Shown here in pieces: positions 9,146-16,954 of a stretch of DNA of 64,000 nucleotides. The notes beneath the pieces were generated by a model. The model was not told where the DNA came from. It saw only the letters and a program-made list of their open reading frames with translations, and did no database searches. Source of the DNA: an uncultured Eudoraea sp. (GTDB lineage: Bacteria > Bacteroidota > Bacteroidia > Flavobacteriales > Flavobacteriaceae); the NCBI GenBank assembly GCA_964536335.1, contig CAZHWD010000178.1, positions 7,945 through 71,944 of the forward strand, written 5' to 3'. How positions within the stretch are numbered: the stretch's first letter is position 1; each line of letters begins with the position of its first letter. The position numbers were made by a program, and so were the translations under genes.

Positions 9146-9768
9146 CCTGGCACTTTATTTTTTATAGCAACAGCACAAATAATTATCCAAAAAACAAATA
9201 TAGTCTCTACAATTCGTTGATATAAACCTGCATGATTTGAAGAAGGATTGTCGAATAATAAGCCTATAAACACTATAGAAATTAGCCCGAATATGATAGC
9301 GATTTTGGATAGTCTTTCAAAATTATTTAATTGTCGTAAACCCACACCAATAATTATTATGCAGATTGGGACGAATAAATATGTCAACATCCCTGTAAGA
9401 TTATGTATTATCTGTGAAATACTTGGGTTTATGAATTCTGGGTTGCAACCTTTATCACAAGGAAATATCCCAACCATAATTGTTGCAATTCCATAAAATA
9501 TACCAATCCCACAAAACCCAATTTTAATCAGTTTAGAATTAGGAAACTTTTGAAGAGCAGCAAAAGAGAAGATTGTCAATAGAATTCCACTTGGTATGTA
9601 GCCAAAATATCTTAATTTTTGACCATAGGGTGTGTCAACAGCCATTGTCTCACTTATATATTGAGAAATTGGGTCATAGTTGTCAAATTGAAAACCGCCA
9701 ATAATGGAAGCCAAAACGAAAAGGCTTACTCCTAATATTCCGATCCAAAAAACTAATTTGTTATTCAT
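9130..9768 (-). CDS. DUF998-like membrane protein
   Basis: YDPISQYISE, GIFPCD, IIH and GLYQR motifs with five hydrophobic segments. Confidence 0.75.
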   Translation of the reverse strand: MNNKLVFWIGILGVSLFVLASIIGGFQFDNYDPISQYISETMAVDTPYGQKLRYFGYIPSGILLTIFSFAALQKFPNSKLIKIGFCGIGIFYGIATIMVGIFPCDKGCNPEFINPSISQIIHNLTGMLTYLFVPICIIIIGVGLRQLNNFERLSKIAIIFGLISIVFIGLLFDNPSSNHAGLYQRIVETIFVFWIIICAVAIKNKVPGGNRV

Positions 9769-9791
9769 AAATATTTTTCATTCTTAGTCTT

Positions 9792-9814
9792 TTGTGATTT
9801 TGTTAGGTATAGTT
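9792..9814 (-). repeat. attC-like element 10 (core remnant)
   Basis: TTT-GTTAGGTATAGTT is an exact GTT-N6-AGTT 8 nt past the VOC stop codon; most of the stem is missing. Confidence 0.45.
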
Positions 9815-9822
9815 TTTTATTA

Positions 9823-10248
9823 TCACCTTTGATAAAATTCATTTTCGTTCACCACAATTGTTGTTAGTTCAACGGTATGTCCATCGGGATCTTTTGTATA
9901 AATAGAATTAAAATAATAATGGTCCTGGATATTAAAATCTAGTTTCAATTCCGCATAATGTTTTTTTGCTTTTTGAAAATTCTCTTGGGTAACATTGAAG
10001 GCAAAATGGTCAATTTTGATATTTTTTGATTTTAAATCAAGCTCTTTATCGGATAAATTTGCAGGGAACAGGGCAATTCCTGATTTATTCGCGAACATAA
10101 AAATCGGAAAACCTCCCCATTCGGACATTTGATATTTTTTAAGTCCCAAGACTTTTTCATACCAATCCGCAGAAACTTTCAAATCTTCTACTCGAATAGC
10201 AACATGATCCAAAAATTCAATTTCAAATTTGTCCTTTGTATTACTCAT
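9823..10248 (-). CDS. VOC / glyoxalase family protein
   Basis: LDHVAIRV...WYEKVLG, IDHFAF, DPDGHTVE; start moved to ATG 10248 because the GTG at 10266 lies in the repeat core. Confidence 0.85.
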   Translation of the reverse strand: MSNTKDKFEIEFLDHVAIRVEDLKVSADWYEKVLGLKKYQMSEWGGFPIFMFANKSGIALFPANLSDKELDLKSKNIKIDHFAFNVTQENFQKAKKHYAELKLDFNIQDHYYFNSIYTKDPDGHTVELTTIVVNENEFYQR

Positions 10249-10260
10249 TTTCTTAATTAA

Positions 10261-10490
10261 ACACAACAGTTTGGCTATAACTTGTTATGATCAACAGCTG
10301 AGCCCTGAGGCTGATCCTATTTGGAAAATAGCACCTACCTGCACTTTGCTGGCTGGCCAGGTGAAGCTGTTTTTAGTTTTAGCCGTAATACAGCCGGGCA
10401 ACTTTTTGTCGGCCTGTTATTATTTTGAATAAAGTTAAAGATTTTGAATTTATTTAGGCAACAAGAAATAGTGGTTAGGCATTGTTATGC
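10261..10490 (-). repeat. attC-like element 11 (long, about 230 bp)
   Basis: ACACAAC-AGTTT-GGCTA...TAGGC-ATT-GTTATGC with both cores intact and a long central region. Confidence 0.6.
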
Positions 10491-10567
10491 CATATTAATA
10501 TTTGTCTCACGAAGATATATGGTTTCAAATAGGTAGCATTGTTGAATTATCGATAGAAAAAACCCGA

Positions 10568-11131
10568 TTACTGGGGTAGTCTCTTTTTCACCATGGCTAT
10601 TTGACCCATATGATTGGCTTGATGCTCCAAAATATGAAACCATGCCCAATGGTTGTTCATGCTCTCATCTATGCCTGCTTCAAACCACGCATCATCTTTG
10701 GTTTTAAGACCTTCGAGTGTTTTTTCCCGAACCTGATCCCATAGATCCAAATAATATTTTATAGGTTTTCCTTTTAGTTTGTCTCTTGATTCTGCTCCTA
10801 AACCACCGGCAATTCCCCAAAATTCTCCTTCTTCATCAGTCCAGGTGCGATCTTCTAAAGTTTCAACCTGGAAGTATGATTCGGTGGCCACCAAATGCAT
10901 AATTATGGCTCCAATACTGTTGGCCTTATCGTCAAATAAGTAATCTGTTTCTGCCTGGTCTAAATCACGGATATCTTCCATAAGTCGATCCTTTAATTCT
11001 TCCAGCATATCTACCATTAAACCGATTTGTGGTGTATATCCTTTTTCTGGTTTAATTTCATGCTGTGCATTAGCTAGTGAAAGCGAAAAACATAAAATTA
11101 ATAACGCAGCATTTTTCTTTTTAGACTTCAT
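10568..11131 (-). CDS. DinB / YfiT family metalloprotein with signal peptide
   Basis: NSIGAIIMHL and HILEHQANHMGQ motifs. Confidence 0.85.
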   Translation of the reverse strand: MKSKKKNAALLILCFSLSLANAQHEIKPEKGYTPQIGLMVDMLEELKDRLMEDIRDLDQAETDYLFDDKANSIGAIIMHLVATESYFQVETLEDRTWTDEEGEFWGIAGGLGAESRDKLKGKPIKYYLDLWDQVREKTLEGLKTKDDAWFEAGIDESMNNHWAWFHILEHQANHMGQIAMVKKRLPQ

Positions 11132-11204
11132 ATTATCATGTTTAAAAATTATCGGAGCTTTATTTGATAAATGCTTTCCAGCTAAATAGTAAACATAGAA
11201 TTTA

Positions 11205-11384
11205 GCATAACGGTAAGGCCATGAATAGTGCGGGCTATGTTTTCACTTTCGTTTCGGTCGAGTACTTAGCCAATTTTTTTTATTTTGTTCTTATTTTCTT
11301 TGTCGAATAGCCAAATCAAATATAGCTAAACTTTCGATTAAGCTACAACGCCCATATTACTTATGGCCGTTGTTGGTACCAGTT
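11205..11384 (-). repeat. attC-like element 12 (best preserved)
   Basis: GCATAAC-GGTAA-GGCCATGAATAGTGCGGGC...GCCCATATTACTTATGGCC-GTT-GTTGGTACCAGTT; 19-bp stem. Confidence 0.85.
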
Positions 11385-11390
11385 ATTTTC

Positions 11391-12056
11391 CTATATTCTG
11401 GCAAATGCTCTTACTGGAAAAGACCCCATTCCTTTTATCTTAGGAGGTAATGCGCTGAACTTAAATCCGTCTTTAGGTAAGGAATTCAAATTGCAAAGGT
11501 GTTCTACAATAAGAATTTCGGCTCCTAAAAGTACTGTGTGGACAGGACGGTCTTTACTATTTGTGCTGTCAATATTTAGCGAATCAATTCCAGCTAGTTT
11601 TACTTGAGATTTTTTTAAATATTCAGCCGCACCTTGTGATAAATGTGGATTGTTTTCATAGTATTTTTCCGTATTCCAATATTTGTCCCAACCTGTATGG
11701 AAAAGTACTGCGCGATTTTTAATTTCGTAAGGTTTTATGTGTTCTTCTGTTATTTCCAATGTTTTGGTAAAAGGAACGCTGATTACTATTGCATCGAGGT
11801 CAGTAAAACTTTCTAGTCCAACTAACGAAAAGTCTTTTCCGTCTGAAAATCGGTGAAACGGGCAATCAATATATGTTCCGGTATTGGCAACCATTTCGAT
11901 TTTTCCAATATGAAATTCAGTTCCTTCGCCATATAGTTTTTTTGATTCTTCCCTGCTTAGGTAGTCACAAATAATTGGAGCGGGTAAACCCTTATAGGTG
12001 ATAAGTCCATTTTCAATCGTATGGCTTAAATCAATCAACATTTGTTTATTTTTCAT
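11391..12056 (-). CDS. Cyclase family (kynurenine formamidase-like) protein
   Basis: IDLSH, NTGTYIDCPFH, GIDS, HTVLL, IVEHL, PVRA. Confidence 0.85.
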   Translation of the reverse strand: MKNKQMLIDLSHTIENGLITYKGLPAPIICDYLSREESKKLYGEGTEFHIGKIEMVANTGTYIDCPFHRFSDGKDFSLVGLESFTDLDAIVISVPFTKTLEITEEHIKPYEIKNRAVLFHTGWDKYWNTEKYYENNPHLSQGAAEYLKKSQVKLAGIDSLNIDSTNSKDRPVHTVLLGAEILIVEHLCNLNSLPKDGFKFSALPPKIKGMGSFPVRAFARI

Positions 12057-12108
12057 TCAAGACGTATGATTTATACTTATAGTTTGGTGTGATACAAAAC
12101 CACAATGG

Positions 12109-12166
12109 ACCTAACTGCTGGTTTTCCTGCCTTAGGAGGGCAGGCAGGTGATAGCCATTGTTGTGC
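12109..12166 (-). repeat. attC-like element 13 with a CCTGCC/GGCAGG hairpin in its loop
   Basis: ACCTAAC-TGCT-GGTTTTC...CCTGCC-TTAGGAG-GGCAGG...GATAGCC-ATT-GTTGTGC. Confidence 0.6.
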
Positions 12167-12184
12167 TATTGAGATTAGTTATAC

Positions 12185-13657
12185 CTAATTGTTTTCATAC
12201 TCAAAGCTAAATTCCTTTGAATAAGTATGTTCTTTTTCCATGATATTGACAATTTGTTCTACGATTCCAGGATTTTCAGCAGCAATATTATGTTGTTCAC
12301 CTATATCAGAAGCTAGATTATAGAGTTCAATAGGAGCTTCGGAATTATTGCTCATATTCAGGCGTATCCCTTTCCAATCCCCAAATCTTAACGCTTGTTT
12401 CCCTCCTTGCTCATGAAATTCCCAATATAAATAACTATGCTTTTCTTGTTTTTCTCCTAATAATTCTGGTAAGAATGAGATGCCATCTATATTTTGAGGT
12501 GTTTTTATTTGTGCGATTTCACAAACTGTGGGTAAAAAGTCCCAAAAAGCTGAAATGTGATTAGAAGTAGAATTTGCATTAATTATCCCGGGCCAGTACG
12601 CAATCATGGGCACTCGTATGCCGCCTTCATATAAATCGCGTTTGTATCCTCTTAAATCTGCATTGCTATTAAAATACTCTGGATCAGCTCCACCTTCTTG
12701 ATGCGGACCATTATCGGAAGTAAATATTATTAGGGTATTATCTGCAATACCAAGCTCTTCCAATTTCTTGCTAATCTCACCTACTTGTTTATCTAAAAGG
12801 TATACCATGGCAGCAAAAGCTGCATGAGGTTCTTTTTGTGATCCATAACCTCCATTTTTATACAGTTTGCCATCATCTACACCCATGTATTTTTTTTCAG
12901 GCAGTAATTTCCCCCTGAATTTTTCCATATAAATCTCAGGAGCAACAAGTTCAGCATGAGGGATAATCGAAGGATAATACATGAAAAAAGTAGTGTCTTT
13001 ATTCTTTTCAAGAAATGAAATGGCTTTTTGATGAATAATATCAGGACCATAAGTTTCAGTATTTTTTTCATTATTACCTTCGAGTAATTCTTTGGTCTGA
13101 TTGTGCCATATGTGATAAGGGTAATAATTATGACCTAATCGTTGACAATTGAATCCGTAGAATTCATCAAAACCCTGATTGTTTGGATCGCCGTCAGAAG
13201 ACGGATACCCTAAGCCCCATTTACCAAAAGCACCAGTAACATACCCGGCAGATTTTAAAAGTTCGGGAATTGTAATTACCGAAGAATCCAAAGGATATTG
13301 TCCTTCAGGGTTGATTTCTCTATTTCCGCGTATGAAAGTATGGCCTGTATGTTGTCCTGTCATTAATGACGAACGTGAAGGAGCACAAACAGTTGAACCC
13401 GAGAAATGCTGGGTAAAAAACATTCCGTTCTTGGCTAATTTGTCAATATTTGGTGTTAAGAACTTTTCCTGCCCCGTTAAACTTAAATCGCCATATCCTA
13501 AATCATCTGCCAGGATATAGATAATGTTAGGTTTTTTTGTGTGATTACTTTCATCAATCTTCTTTTGATTAATACATCCACCAAACAAAAACAACATAAA
13601 GACTACAAATAGTGCCTCAATAACTTGGTTCTTACATCCTTTTTTCATTTTACTCAT
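12185..13657 (-). CDS. Arylsulfatase (formylglycine-dependent S1 sulfatase), predicted lipoprotein
   Basis: PNIIYILADDLG, CAPSR..LMTG, GKW, SDNG, YEGGIRVP. Confidence 0.92.
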   Translation of the reverse strand: MSKMKKGCKNQVIEALFVVFMLFLFGGCINQKKIDESNHTKKPNIIYILADDLGYGDLSLTGQEKFLTPNIDKLAKNGMFFTQHFSGSTVCAPSRSSLMTGQHTGHTFIRGNREINPEGQYPLDSSVITIPELLKSAGYVTGAFGKWGLGYPSSDGDPNNQGFDEFYGFNCQRLGHNYYPYHIWHNQTKELLEGNNEKNTETYGPDIIHQKAISFLEKNKDTTFFMYYPSIIPHAELVAPEIYMEKFRGKLLPEKKYMGVDDGKLYKNGGYGSQKEPHAAFAAMVYLLDKQVGEISKKLEELGIADNTLIIFTSDNGPHQEGGADPEYFNSNADLRGYKRDLYEGGIRVPMIAYWPGIINANSTSNHISAFWDFLPTVCEIAQIKTPQNIDGISFLPELLGEKQEKHSYLYWEFHEQGGKQALRFGDWKGIRLNMSNNSEAPIELYNLASDIGEQHNIAAENPGIVEQIVNIMEKEHTYSKEFSFEYENN

Positions 13658-13673
13658 TAATGAAGTTCATGAA

Positions 13674-13806
13674 GCATAGCGGTTTGGTTATGATCTTGGA
13701 GCGATAAATCGGTAAGGAATTTCGATTTCGAAATCAAGCTTTATAAAAATAGAAATTTTCATGTAAAGTAGGTGAGTATCTATGAATTATAGCCATTGTA
13801 AGCAGC
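13674..13806 (-). repeat. attC-like element 14
   Basis: GCATAGC-GGTTT-GGTTATGAT...ATTATAGCC-ATT-GTAAGCA; 9-bp stem with two G:T pairs. Confidence 0.65.
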
Positions 13807-13808
13807 TT

Positions 13809-14453
13809 TTATTTTTCAGCCGTAAACAAAGCATAATTGTTGGATGTAGTCGGATGTTCAATTGACTTTTCAAATTCTTCAACGCACCTGGGATTTTGGA
13901 AACCTGCAGTTCGAAGCAATTCTAAATGTTCGCTGGGCTTAATGCGTCCTCCTTCGTATTCATAACTAGATTCTTCAGGTTTAATAAAATCTCCATTTAA
14001 TAATAGTCCCCCTTCAGGCATTATTTCATAAGCTGTTTTGTAGACATTTAATATATTTTTCTTTTCAAACAGGTCATGTAGCGCCCATGTTGAGACTATT
14101 ACATTTGATAATCTTTTTAATCTATTTTCCCAAGCTTCATTTATCAAATCTGCTTGCGTAAAAATAATTCTCTCTTTATATGCCTCAGTTCTTTCAGTGG
14201 CAATTCTCAACATTGATTTAGAGTAATCTAAGCCTTCATAAGCTATCTGAGGCATCCTATTCAATAAAAAACTTGCTAAAAAACCAGGTCCTATTCCTAG
14301 TTCCAGTACTGATGTCGTTTCATGTCCTGCTTTTTCTATTTGCCTTAATATTGTCTCAAAAAGTTTAGACCTTGCCGGTGTTGGTTTAAATTTTTCAGCC
14401 CATTCTCTCGAAAAATTTGCATCATGAAATTCATGTAAGGCTTCTATCTTCAT
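13809..14453 (-). CDS. Class I SAM-dependent methyltransferase
   Basis: VLELGIGPG, GLDYS..ML, QADL, WALH; ATG 14453 preferred over the upstream TTG. Confidence 0.82.
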   Translation of the reverse strand: MKIEALHEFHDANFSREWAEKFKPTPARSKLFETILRQIEKAGHETTSVLELGIGPGFLASFLLNRMPQIAYEGLDYSKSMLRIATERTEAYKERIIFTQADLINEAWENRLKRLSNVIVSTWALHDLFEKKNILNVYKTAYEIMPEGGLLLNGDFIKPEESSYEYEGGRIKPSEHLELLRTAGFQNPRCVEEFEKSIEHPTTSNNYALFTAEK

Positions 14454-14536
14454 TTTTTCTTTTAATTGGTCATGTACAAGGCGTTGCAATATTAGCCAGG
14501 AATTTCGGGCTGTTAACCATGCAAAAAAAACAATAT

Positions 14537-16030
14537 TTATGGAGTGGTATGAACAGGCAGACTAAAACTAAAAGCCGTACCTTCATTTGGGCCACTAAAA
14601 ACCCGGATACTTGCATTGTGCAGTTCCATGATTTTTTTTACAATAGCCAACCCAAGACCGGATCCCTCTTTTTGCTGTCCGGCTTTCATTTGTCGATATC
14701 GTTCAAAAATAAGGGCTTGGTTCTCTCGCTTTATACCGGGACCGGAATCTTTTATGATAATTTCAACATCCTTTTCATGCGCGATAATTTTAACCACCAC
14801 TTCACCATATTCTGGTGTAAATTTTAAAGCATTGTCCATTAAGTTCTGAATAGCGCGTTCTACCAATGAAATATCACCAAAAACCAAAGGAATGCCCTCA
14901 CTCATTTCTAATTTTAACTCAATATTCTTTTGTTTGGCCAATACTAGATAGTTTCTGTGAATGTCATTCGCAAGTTCACTTATTAAAAATGGCTCTTTCT
15001 TCGGCTTAATTTGATTTGCCTCCAATTTTGAATATTCAAATAGCTGGTTAATTAATTTTGATAGACGTTCTCCACCCGCATTAATTGTTTTTAAATATTC
15101 AATGCGTTGTTCCTTGGTCAATTCCCTATCCTTTATTTGTAAGGTTTCTATATAGCCTTGTATTATGGAGAGCGGCGTGCGGAGATCATGTGAAATATTA
15201 GCAATCAACTCCGTGCGCAGGCTTTCTAAAGATTTTATTTTATCTATATCTTCTAAAATGGTCTCAGCCATTTCATTGTAGGTAGTCGTGACTCCTGCCA
15301 AATCACTCTTACTTGCGTTTTTGATACGGTAATTTAAATCACCTTCTTGAAATCGCTTAGAGGCATAAACCAGTTCCCTTAGATTTTTGGTAAGGTACCA
15401 CACAGATAAGATGCCTAATAAAGCTGCAAAAAACAAGGTCAATAAGGACATCCCCAATCCCAATTTAAGTGCATAACTCTTAAACAACAAATTGCGGGTT
15501 GTGAGGAAGTCTTCACCCGCCAGAATTATGTAGATATAGCCTTCTTTTCCACCTTTATTGAACTTAGCCGCAGAAAACACTTTCTTTTTAGAGGGGTCTT
15601 TAGGATCTTCTCCCAAGATGTACAAAGATCCATTAGTGGAAATAAATTTGTCTATTGGGTCTAGCGAGATTTTTTTTTGCCGGGTCTCAGGGGCATTGTG
15701 GTCTAAAACAACAGAATATTGTACATGACCTTCTATATCTAATAAATATACCTCAATTGCTCTATTTACAGCCATCATATCGTGCATAATATCCCCAAAA
15801 AGAGCTTTGTTTACGTTTCCCAAACTATCAATTGGACTGGCATCCACGAATTTCTCGTCAATTAGGTCTTGTGCTAAATGAGCGTGTAAACGTTGTGTAG
15901 TTTCGTTAAAATAGTCATTTGAAAAGTAGATAGTGGCAATGGTGTATCCGGTGCCTGCCAAAAGTAATATGGACAAGAATGACAGTACCAGTTTTTTAAT
16001 CAATCGATTTGAGAGTATCGTATTTTTCAT
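14537..16030 (-). CDS. Sensor histidine kinase (two TM segments, HAMP, HisKA, HATPase)
   Basis: SHDLRTPL H-box, NLMDNALKF, DSGPGI, GSGLGL. Confidence 0.93.
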   Translation of the reverse strand: MKNTILSNRLIKKLVLSFLSILLLAGTGYTIATIYFSNDYFNETTQRLHAHLAQDLIDEKFVDASPIDSLGNVNKALFGDIMHDMMAVNRAIEVYLLDIEGHVQYSVVLDHNAPETRQKKISLDPIDKFISTNGSLYILGEDPKDPSKKKVFSAAKFNKGGKEGYIYIILAGEDFLTTRNLLFKSYALKLGLGMSLLTLFFAALLGILSVWYLTKNLRELVYASKRFQEGDLNYRIKNASKSDLAGVTTTYNEMAETILEDIDKIKSLESLRTELIANISHDLRTPLSIIQGYIETLQIKDRELTKEQRIEYLKTINAGGERLSKLINQLFEYSKLEANQIKPKKEPFLISELANDIHRNYLVLAKQKNIELKLEMSEGIPLVFGDISLVERAIQNLMDNALKFTPEYGEVVVKIIAHEKDVEIIIKDSGPGIKRENQALIFERYRQMKAGQQKEGSGLGLAIVKKIMELHNASIRVFSGPNEGTAFSFSLPVHTTP

Positions 16031-16731
16031 AGTTCTTCGTTAAATTTATATCCTACTCCCCAGGTGGTTAAAATAAATTTAGGATTGCTCATATCAGGCT
16101 CTATTTTAGAACGCAGGCGATTTATATGAGAGTTAACGGTATGTTCATAACCCTTAAAGTCATATCCCCATATTATATTCAGTAATTTGGAGCGATCATA
16201 GCTTTTACCCGGGTTAGCCGATAGCAATGCCAAAAGTTCAAATTCTTTTGGCGATAAGTCAATTTTATTGTCGTTTATGCTCACTTTGCGCAATTCTAAA
16301 TCCACCTGAAGATTCCCAAAACGAATTATTTTGTTACCAATGGAATTAATTTTGGGGTCTACTGACATTTTTTCTCTTCTAAAAATAGCTTTTACCCTGG
16401 CTATGAATTCACGGACACTGAAAGGTTTGGTAAGGTAATCATCAGCTCCAATTTCAAGGCCCAGCACCTTGTCTATTTCCTCTGATTTCGCAGTAAGCAT
16501 CATTATGGGAGATTGAATTGAGTTTGCGCGTATTTTTTGACATACTTCCAACCCATCCATTTCAGGGAGCATAATATCTAAAATGATCAAATCGGGAACC
16601 TCTTCAATCGCCATCCTCAACCCGTCATTTCCTTGCATAGCTGAAATGACTTCACATCCTAAATCCTTCAAATGTATTTCCAGCAAATGAATAATTTCAG
16701 CATCATCTTCAATGATTAAAACTTTTTTCAT
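16027..16731 (-). CDS. OmpR/PhoB-family response regulator
   Basis: IEDD, LDIMLP, GADDYLTKPF, HINRLRSK, WGVGY. Confidence 0.95.
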   Translation of the reverse strand: MKKVLIIEDDAEIIHLLEIHLKDLGCEVISAMQGNDGLRMAIEEVPDLIILDIMLPEMDGLEVCQKIRANSIQSPIMMLTAKSEEIDKVLGLEIGADDYLTKPFSVREFIARVKAIFRREKMSVDPKINSIGNKIIRFGNLQVDLELRKVSINDNKIDLSPKEFELLALLSANPGKSYDRSKLLNIIWGYDFKGYEHTVNSHINRLRSKIEPDMSNPKFILTTWGVGYKFNEEL

Positions 16732-16755
16732 ATAAATCGAAATAACAAATAAACT

Positions 16756-16913
16756 ATCACAAAATGATCACGGTTTGGATGACCATTGTTATCATTCGTG
16801 ATACAATTGTCGATTTAGAGCCGTGTTACTTTCAAAACTACCCCAGTTTAAGAAATAAATACCTGATTATCAATAAGTAATAAATGTTTATTTTTTTGTG
16901 ATTTCTCTGTAAC
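16756..16913. promoter_or_regulatory. Two oppositely oriented direct-repeat boxes with 11-bp period, candidate response-regulator sites
   Basis: ATCAC-N6-ATCAC (16756-16771) and GTGAT-N6-GTAAC (16898-16913) in the divergent intergenic region. Confidence 0.5.
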
Positions 16914-16954
16914 ACCTTCTAAGTTACTTTGTTTCAATTCTAAAAATAAATATA

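Larger units (their letters stand above)
1466..14518 (-). mobile_element. Integron-like gene cassette array (14 cassettes) with attC-like sites and no adjacent integrase
   Basis: 14 co-oriented unrelated ORFs, each with a complete or partial AAC-N5-stem...stem-N3-GTT palindrome at its 3' end; several start codons lie within 5-25 nt of the preceding core. Confidence 0.7.

Noticed and set aside
10229-10432. 67-aa + strand ORF
   Set aside because: It overlaps the VOC gene start and element 11 and has no recognisable motif; likely spurious
1466-14518. Inter-gene palindromes as Rho-independent terminators or CRISPR repeats
   Set aside because: They lack a GC stem with a U-tract on the gene strand, fold better on the non-coding strand, are not identical to each other, and are separated by whole genes
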